This document shows positions 57,780-64,000 of a DNA stretch of 64,000 nucleotides, piece by piece. The DNA comes from a virus, in IMG/VR virus record IMGVR_UViG_3300033182_000678, positions 1-64,000 of that record. The stretch is one strand, 5' to 3'. The position numbers and the translations under genes were made by a program. Each line of letters opens with the position of its first letter. Position 1 is the first letter of the stretch. Under the pieces are notes generated by a model. That model made no database searches, had not been told where the DNA came from, and saw only the letters and a list, made by a program, of their open reading frames with translations.

Positions 57780-60161
57780 CTAAAATGGTAAATCTTCTAA
57801 TGGTAAATCTGCAGCAATATCTTCATCATCTGATGGAATTGGAATAGTAGGTCTTGGTGGTGGAGGCGGTGGCCCTGCTTTAGATTTTCCTTGTCCTAAC
57901 CAAGTACCATAACTTACTTTACTACCATCAATATCTATTCCTTGTCTATCTGGATATTTTACTGAAGAGTTTTTAGGGTCTTCACTTCCAAATATACCAA
58001 ACTTGTCTGAACCTACTCCACTATCTTTTAACCATGGAATATCATAATGTTTACCAAGTGTTTGTGGTATCTTCTTACCAAGATAAACAAACTCAAGTGA
58101 TACATCTGCAACATGTGGATATTGAACTCCATCAGATATCTCCCATGACATTGTGTTATTGATTTGTACATTTACACTACTGAAGTAACCAGGTGTATTG
58201 TTAAATAAATCACCAATGGTTAAATAAACATATGGTGCAACTGGTCTAACTTCTTTATCATCTGTTAAAAATTGTTTGAATGATGGTGTGGTTAATCCCT
58301 TGAGTGCATTTAACTTTTCCCATATAATAGGTACATCATTTCTTTTTAGTGCTGCGACTTTGAAGTTAAAAGATATGTTTCTTGTGTATCCTTGATAAAT
58401 ATGAACTTGGTCTGGTCTACCAATATATCTTTCTTGTGAATATTCTGCACTTGAGTTATCTGCAATATCTTCAATGTATGCAGGGAATATAATCCACTTA
58501 CCATTAACTGCATCTCTAATTCTAAATTTAATTAAATCTTTTGGAAAATCTTTATCATTTAATACTTTTTTAATCTGTCCAAACTGACCTTGATATGGAA
58601 CTTGTAAATCACCATCATCATGAATACTAACACCTAATTTACTAACACCGATTGCACCATCACTATTTTTGATATATTTCCTAAGTTCTAATGTTCCTTT
58701 ACTACCACCATTTTCTCTTGATGATAGATAATCAACACCACTCTTTACAGCCTTTGATGTTTCCTTATCTGTTTTAGTTGTGTCTTCAAGTGGTCTTGAA
58801 TTAGATTTAAACTTTTTCTCATTTACTACCTTTTCATATCTTGGTGCATCACCCAATGGGTTTGCAAATAAACTACCAAGAAAACCATCACCTAAAGGTT
58901 CATTATGTCTTGGTTCATGGAATATTCCTGTTGAACTTAAAGGTGTTGATAATGGATTGAAATTCTTTGTTTCTTTTCTTGGATTTAATCTTTGTAGTAC
59001 GAATTGTTTTACATTCCAAACTAATCCTTGTGGTGATAATAAAAATTTACCAATTCTTTCCGCATCAGTTATCATTCTATTGGTATAAGTAATAACTCCA
59101 CCTCTGAATAATCCCTCATCAAATGCTGCACTACTTTCACCAGCACCAAAATCTCTTTCACCAATCTCTCTAATCACAAATGGTTGTTGGAATGAAAATC
59201 CACTTTCGTCTCTCAATCCTTTGTTACCATTGAACTTATCATACATCTTTGTTAAAAATGTTTGAGATGCAATAGTTTCACCAACATATTGTCCAAATGG
59301 TAATTCAATATTACTTTTTACTCCTGAGACTGCAGAAACGGTTCCAATTTGTATTTGTTGTCCTTGACCAACTTTAATTGAACCTGCATTACCTTGGTCT
59401 ATACTTGTTAAATTTACATCTAACATATTTCCAAGTTTTGTTTCTGAGGCTATTGTAAAATATGTTTCATTATGACCATCGTGTGCCAATGGTGGTTCCG
59501 AATCTCTTCTTGGCCCATGAACTCCACCGAAATTAGTATCATAATTTTTAACACCTGCATTACTAAAAATTTTTATTTCTTCATGATTTTGTGGATTATT
59601 CTTTGACCCAACTTTATCATCAAAAATACTTGAACCTTCAATATATTCTGTTGGGTCTTTCTCTTTTCTATTTAGAGTAAATCCTGTTGCATGAGTATCT
59701 TTAAAGAAGTTAACAGGACCAGGAAAGTTAACACCAATACTATATTTTGTACCAGTATTTGTAAACTCGGTTCCATCTTTACTGATACCAATAAATTCTG
59801 TTGGGTCTTTCTCTTTTCTATATAGAGTAAATCCTGTTGCATTGTTATTATGAAAATAATCAACTGGTCCTGGAAATCCATCCAACTTAATACTTGATTG
59901 TGTGAAAAATTCTGTTGGGTCTTGTTCTTGTCTACCGATTGTGAATCCTGTTGCATTGGTATCTTTCATAAAGTTAACAGGACCTGGCCACCCATCAAGT
60001 CCAACTGAAGACTCCACTACATATTCTGTTGGGTCTCCAAAGTTTCTATTAGGTGTGAATCCTGTTGCATTATCCTCTCCAAAGTATTCACCATGTTTTG
60101 TTCCTATCTTTGAATAATCAAAAGAACTTAAATCTGTTTTTAATTTATCTAATAAACTCAT
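57780..60161 (-). CDS. baseplate / tail-tube-initiator-like protein with N-terminal repeats
   Basis: C-terminal FPAYI..I.D, YIGR....Y.GYTR.ISF.F, P...LTIGD; follows tape measure. Confidence 0.65.
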   Translation of the reverse strand: MSLLDKLKTDLSSFDYSKIGTKHGEYFGEDNATGFTPNRNFGDPTEYVVESSVGLDGWPGPVNFMKDTNATGFTIGRQEQDPTEFFTQSSIKLDGFPGPVDYFHNNNATGFTLYRKEKDPTEFIGISKDGTEFTNTGTKYSIGVNFPGPVNFFKDTHATGFTLNRKEKDPTEYIEGSSIFDDKVGSKNNPQNHEEIKIFSNAGVKNYDTNFGGVHGPRRDSEPPLAHDGHNETYFTIASETKLGNMLDVNLTSIDQGNAGSIKVGQGQQIQIGTVSAVSGVKSNIELPFGQYVGETIASQTFLTKMYDKFNGNKGLRDESGFSFQQPFVIREIGERDFGAGESSAAFDEGLFRGGVITYTNRMITDAERIGKFLLSPQGLVWNVKQFVLQRLNPRKETKNFNPLSTPLSSTGIFHEPRHNEPLGDGFLGSLFANPLGDAPRYEKVVNEKKFKSNSRPLEDTTKTDKETSKAVKSGVDYLSSRENGGSKGTLELRKYIKNSDGAIGVSKLGVSIHDDGDLQVPYQGQFGQIKKVLNDKDFPKDLIKFRIRDAVNGKWIIFPAYIEDIADNSSAEYSQERYIGRPDQVHIYQGYTRNISFNFKVAALKRNDVPIIWEKLNALKGLTTPSFKQFLTDDKEVRPVAPYVYLTIGDLFNNTPGYFSSVNVQINNTMSWEISDGVQYPHVADVSLEFVYLGKKIPQTLGKHYDIPWLKDSGVGSDKFGIFGSEDPKNSSVKYPDRQGIDIDGSKVSYGTWLGQGKSKAGPPPPPPRPTIPIPSDDEDIAADLPLEDLPF
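59640..60090 (-). repeat. four intragenic repeats, (PGPV)..F..xNATGFT..R...DPTE(F/Y)
   Basis: aatcctgttgcat and ttctgttgggtc each occur four times; boundaries approximate. Confidence 0.8.
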
Positions 60162-62530
60162 TATAAATTCCCACCAAGGTCATTAATTGCCATTGTTTGT
60201 TTTTCTAACTTTCTATCTATTTGTTCCAATACACCTAACATTCCTTTTTGTGTTTCTGTACTTTCTGAAGTTACACCTTCTGCAACTTTTCTTCCTGCCA
60301 TCTCACCTAATAAACCACCAACCATACCACCGATTGCAGTTCCGATACCTGGTACTATAGAACCAATTGCTGCACCTGCTGCGGCTCCTGCGATAGCTCC
60401 ACTTGTACTTCCAACTGCAGACGCTTTTTCTCTTGTGGTTTGTGCATTTGCAAATTCCATCATACCTAATCCAAGTGCAAGTGGTGCAAATCTTCTCATT
60501 CCTGTTTTCATTCCACTTTTTGCAAGTCTACCTAATCTTGAACTATTATTAGTAATACCATACATTTTGTTTCTTTGTGCAACATTACCAAAAATTTGTC
60601 TATTAACAGGGTCTCTCATATCAGGTAAACCACCTTTAGTTAATCTACCTACACCACCTGGTAATGCAGCTCCACCCATTTTACCACCACCCATTGGTAA
60701 CATCATACCTTGTTGACCTGATGGTAAACTACCCATATTACCTGATATTCTACCACCATAAAGAGCTCTCGTGTTTAGATTTGTCGCAATCGTGTTGCCT
60801 TTTGTTGCAGCTGCTCCTCCAAATAATGCTCTGATAAATCTAACTCCGAATATTGTACCTAAAGTACCTAATATATATGGAAGTATCTTTGCTAATTTAT
60901 CCATTGCATCGTTCTTAAAACTAAGACTACCACCTTGAGTTAATTTTTGTAATTCTGATACCTCTACTCCAATGGCTGCTGCAAGTTTCTGTCTTTGAAT
61001 AACATTCATTTGTTGAATTTGTTGTTCACTTCCAACTTGTCTTATGATTTCTTTTTGTAAGGCCTCCATATCACCCATGAGTGCAAGTTCACGAGCTTTG
61101 TTAAGATTTAATTGTCTACCGATTAATAATGAGGCTTCTAATTCACTCTCAATACTACTTTCAAAATCTAATAATGAGTCTGCAATCTTTGCAGTAGTAC
61201 TTAAACTTAATCCAAGTTTACGAGCTTCTATCGCAGCTCTTGCCATGTTCATTCCACCATCTTGTGAGAACTTTGCAATCAACTCATGGTTGTCTGCCAT
61301 ATCCTTAATAACATCTTGTGGTACGACACCTGCCATTCTAGCTTGAGATGCTATTGATTGTTGTTGTGCAAGTGCACTCTCTACAGATAGTCCTGATATT
61401 ATGGACATTTGTTTTGCAAGTGTTATGGAATCTTCTGCTGCGACTCCAAAGAAGACTTTCATTTTAAATGTATTTAATGCACTTTCTAAACTAAACTTAG
61501 TTACATCACCAAAATTATTTCTAAATGCTTCAAATCCTGGTAGAAAACTTTTAAGGAACTCAGGACCTGTTAATGCAAAAAGTCCTTGTTGAATTTTTTT
61601 CATAAATAGTACTGCCGCTCCAGCGATTATACCACCACCAACAACTTTACCTAATAAACCACCACCTTTAAACCCAACGGCTTTCATTGCAGGTTCTGTA
61701 AATACTCTTGATAATGCCTTACGAATATCTCTTGTACCTCTACCACTTTTGAATGAATCTGCTAATTGTTGTGCGGGTGATAATTTACTTAAATCTTTTT
61801 TGTAAGCACTTTGGAAATTTTTGAAAGCGTCTGGGTCCATAAATGCAGCCTCCTGCATTTCTTGTGGTAAGCTTCTCACAAACATTTTAAATCTATCTAA
61901 ATCTAATATATCACTTGGGCTAAGTTCACCCTTTCTAAATGTATCGGTAAAGAAACTACCTACTGCCTCACCACCTGCACCTGCAATTGAAAATATAGAT
62001 TGTGATGCATTACCAAATCCTTTTCGTAAACTATCACTAATCTCTTGACCTAAGTTATCCAATCCAAGTGCAGTAGATAAAAAGTTACCAAAGAGTGGTA
62101 TTGATTGTACACCAGTTGTAATACTATCACCAAATTTCTTTGCAGCGTTTGCCGATGCATTGATTGAATTATTTATGGATTTTTGGATTCTTTGTTCTTG
62201 TTTTAAGACTTGAAGGATTTTCTTTCTATTACCTAATCCTTCTTTTGCATATTGTGCAGATAATTCATCTAAGTCTTTTGTTTCAAAACTTTCTTTGTGT
62301 ATATTTTTACGATTACCTAATATTTCTCTTGTGATATCATTGGTTTTCTTTAAGGTGTCAAGTTGACCATCCGACATCTTTTTTGCATCTGAGAAAGTTG
62401 CTGCAAGTCTTTTGGCGTAGTTAATTATATCAGGAAATTCTTTGGACATTTCCTTGATGAAATCTTGAGTTTCTTTTACCGAACTCTTTATGTCTTCAAA
62501 GTTCTTTTTCTCTTTGTCTGAATTTGCCAT
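60161..62530 (-). CDS. tail tape measure protein
   Basis: Helical Ala/Gly-rich; LLDFESSIESELEASLLIGRQLNL; GAAIGS..PGIGTAIG. Confidence 0.85.
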   Translation of the reverse strand: MANSDKEKKNFEDIKSSVKETQDFIKEMSKEFPDIINYAKRLAATFSDAKKMSDGQLDTLKKTNDITREILGNRKNIHKESFETKDLDELSAQYAKEGLGNRKKILQVLKQEQRIQKSINNSINASANAAKKFGDSITTGVQSIPLFGNFLSTALGLDNLGQEISDSLRKGFGNASQSIFSIAGAGGEAVGSFFTDTFRKGELSPSDILDLDRFKMFVRSLPQEMQEAAFMDPDAFKNFQSAYKKDLSKLSPAQQLADSFKSGRGTRDIRKALSRVFTEPAMKAVGFKGGGLLGKVVGGGIIAGAAVLFMKKIQQGLFALTGPEFLKSFLPGFEAFRNNFGDVTKFSLESALNTFKMKVFFGVAAEDSITLAKQMSIISGLSVESALAQQQSIASQARMAGVVPQDVIKDMADNHELIAKFSQDGGMNMARAAIEARKLGLSLSTTAKIADSLLDFESSIESELEASLLIGRQLNLNKARELALMGDMEALQKEIIRQVGSEQQIQQMNVIQRQKLAAAIGVEVSELQKLTQGGSLSFKNDAMDKLAKILPYILGTLGTIFGVRFIRALFGGAAATKGNTIATNLNTRALYGGRISGNMGSLPSGQQGMMLPMGGGKMGGAALPGGVGRLTKGGLPDMRDPVNRQIFGNVAQRNKMYGITNNSSRLGRLAKSGMKTGMRRFAPLALGLGMMEFANAQTTREKASAVGSTSGAIAGAAAGAAIGSIVPGIGTAIGGMVGGLLGEMAGRKVAEGVTSESTETQKGMLGVLEQIDRKLEKQTMAINDLGGNL

Positions 62531-62572
62531 AGGTTCTCAGTTTAAATTAGTATAACCGATTATTTATTTAAA

Positions 62573-62827
62573 TTATTTTAATAAGTCTGTATCAAATCCT
62601 AAATCTTCCATATCTGATACCCAATTTGGGTCTTCCATCTTCTTATCAAGATACTTCTCTAATTGTTGGTCAATTTTGTTTATTTGGATTAGACTCTTTT
62701 TGATTACAGGGTCTTTTGAAATCTTTTTGATAACATCCTTCGTGGCTCTCTTCGTTCCAATCGCTTTGAACAACGACCCAATAAATTCTCTTATCACTTT
62801 TTTTTCTTTGATTACTATTTTAGACAT
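62573..62827 (-). CDS. hypothetical protein
   Basis: ORF with SD and TATTTAT motif upstream. Confidence 0.6.
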   Translation of the reverse strand: MSKIVIKEKKVIREFIGSLFKAIGTKRATKDVIKKISKDPVIKKSLIQINKIDQQLEKYLDKKMEDPNWVSDMEDLGFDTDLLK

Positions 62828-62900
62828 TTTGACTCCTGTTTAATCATTAATAAATATCAAGAATCATTATTTTTTGAACTGAGGCATCTGAACTCCACCA

Positions 62901-63096
62901 TCACCCTTTTTGAGCCTTTTCTATTTCTTTTTTCTGTTCATCTACAGCCTTAACGATTTGTTGAATGTAGAATCTTCGGAGCGGAATGGGCATATTATAG
63001 ACTTCTTGGTGGGTAAAACCACCTTGACCATAGTATGATAGGCTGAAGACTTCTTCGTGGATTGCCGGCCTGTTACTCGCCGGCTGGCCAAAAAAA
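62901..63096 (-). CDS. tail assembly chaperone frameshift extension (gpGT-like)
   Basis: IHEEVF.L.YYG.GGF...EVYNMPI.LRRFY; no good own start; entered via the T7 run. Confidence 0.65.
63064..63096 (-). promoter_or_regulatory. candidate programmed frameshift signal
   Basis: GAC TTT TTT TGG then GCCGGC-GAGTAACAG-GCCGGC hairpin. Confidence 0.6.
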
Positions 63097-63843
63097 GTCA
63101 ATCCCAAGAGAGAGTGGTATTCTATGTGTTTTACCAACTTTACTCTTGTAGTTAATACTGATATCTACATCAGGTTGAATTGACTTGACATACTTTCTCC
63201 ATTCACGAGTATCTAATGATAAGAATTGATTATCAACAAAGTTATCAATTTCCTTTTGGTCTGTATTACCATCAACTGAAACGATTTGGTGTTTCATACG
63301 AAGAGATAACTCATTACTTACACCTGTAAGATTAGTTGCCTTTTCATATCCTTGTAGTAACAAATCAATTTCAACTTCATCTTTATGAGTTAGTAATTTA
63401 AACTCAATAGTTCTATTTGAGTTTGGTAGAGTATATGAAAATTTATTCTCACCTTTAAATACTGACTCATCAAACTTTACATTTTCAAGTTTTGTTAAAT
63501 CTATTTCAGTTTCAACTTGTTCACCTGTGTCTGGGTCTGTTAATGTTACAGGATAGTCTTTACCATATCCTAAAACACGAGTCCCAACCATTATTGCATT
63601 TTTATCACCAAGTAATAAATCATCTAATTTAACTCCTGGTGTTGCAATAACACTTTCTAATAATCTATCAATCACAACACCTTGTTGTATAAGATTCTGT
63701 GATGTTAAGATGTCTTCTTCTTTTGCTGTCATGTATTTTACATCAACCACTCCCTTACTTAATGGACTATCTTTGGGATACAATAATCCCTTGGATGGTA
63801 AAGATAGAACCTCAGTAGGAAATGCGTACTGATTTTCTGCCAT
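63073..63843 (-). CDS. tail assembly chaperone / baseplate hub assembly protein (T4 gp26-like)
   Basis: LPSKGLLYP, MTAKEEDIL, R..GYG..Y, FKLLT..DE, FFWP. Confidence 0.75.
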   Translation of the reverse strand: MAENQYAFPTEVLSLPSKGLLYPKDSPLSKGVVDVKYMTAKEEDILTSQNLIQQGVVIDRLLESVIATPGVKLDDLLLGDKNAIMVGTRVLGYGKDYPVTLTDPDTGEQVETEIDLTKLENVKFDESVFKGENKFSYTLPNSNRTIEFKLLTHKDEVEIDLLLQGYEKATNLTGVSNELSLRMKHQIVSVDGNTDQKEIDNFVDNQFLSLDTREWRKYVKSIQPDVDISINYKSKVGKTHRIPLSLGIDFFWPAGE

Positions 63844-63905
63844 GTTTATCTCCTATGAATTGAATTTAAAACCATATATTTATAACTATTTTTGGAATTT
63901 AAAAT

Positions 63906-64000
63906 CTAATTTATTTTTTTATTTCCAAGAACTTTTTCTGCTCCTGCGATTCCGAAACTACCTAAAGTAGTGAATAGGAATGAGTTATACACAACATCAT
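63906..64000 (-). CDS. 3' end of a small membrane protein (possibly holin-like), partial
   Basis: ...DVVYNSFLFTTLGSFGIAGAEKVLGNKKIN*. Confidence 0.5.
   Translation of the reverse strand, partial: DVVYNSFLFTTLGSFGIAGAEKVLGNKKIN

Noticed and set aside
733-62048. All plus-strand ORFs in the track, and short nested minus-strand ORFs (10824, 28237, 33914, 59672)
   Set aside because: They lie within or overlap well-supported minus-strand genes, lack motifs and SDs, and look like antisense or alternate-frame shadows
1-64000. Stop-codon reassignment
   Set aside because: Coding density is high under the standard code, and TAA, TGA and TAG all end credible genes

Overview
A 64-kb segment of a large AT-rich (roughly 30% GC by eye) dsDNA myovirus genome with T4-like replication genes. 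Every credible gene is on the minus strand and uses the standard code. Read in transcription order (right to left), it contains: a tail module (chaperone with a probable programmed frameshift, tape measure, baseplate proteins); metabolic genes (cysC, thyX, rimK, a truncated family-A polymerase); an ORF-free gap of about 700 bp holding a candidate large two-module structured RNA; a replication module (SSB, RecA/UvsX, flap nuclease, gp41/DnaB helicase and class II RNR, both broken by split inteins with an endonuclease gene between the halves, a TonB-dependent receptor, PolB, sliding clamp, methyltransferase, clamp loader); a four-gene aminoacyl/amide-ligase cassette inserted between the clamp-loader subunits; a glycan-biosynthesis island of about 14 kb; and a cassette of type IV pilin-like genes behind a sigma54-like promoter. 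The strongest candidates for undescribed systems are the internally duplicated ncRNA (47841-48240) and the aa:carrier-protein ligase/ATP-grasp-Hint/GNAT/adenylation cassette (22335-26294). All calls rest on motif recognition by eye; no searches were run.
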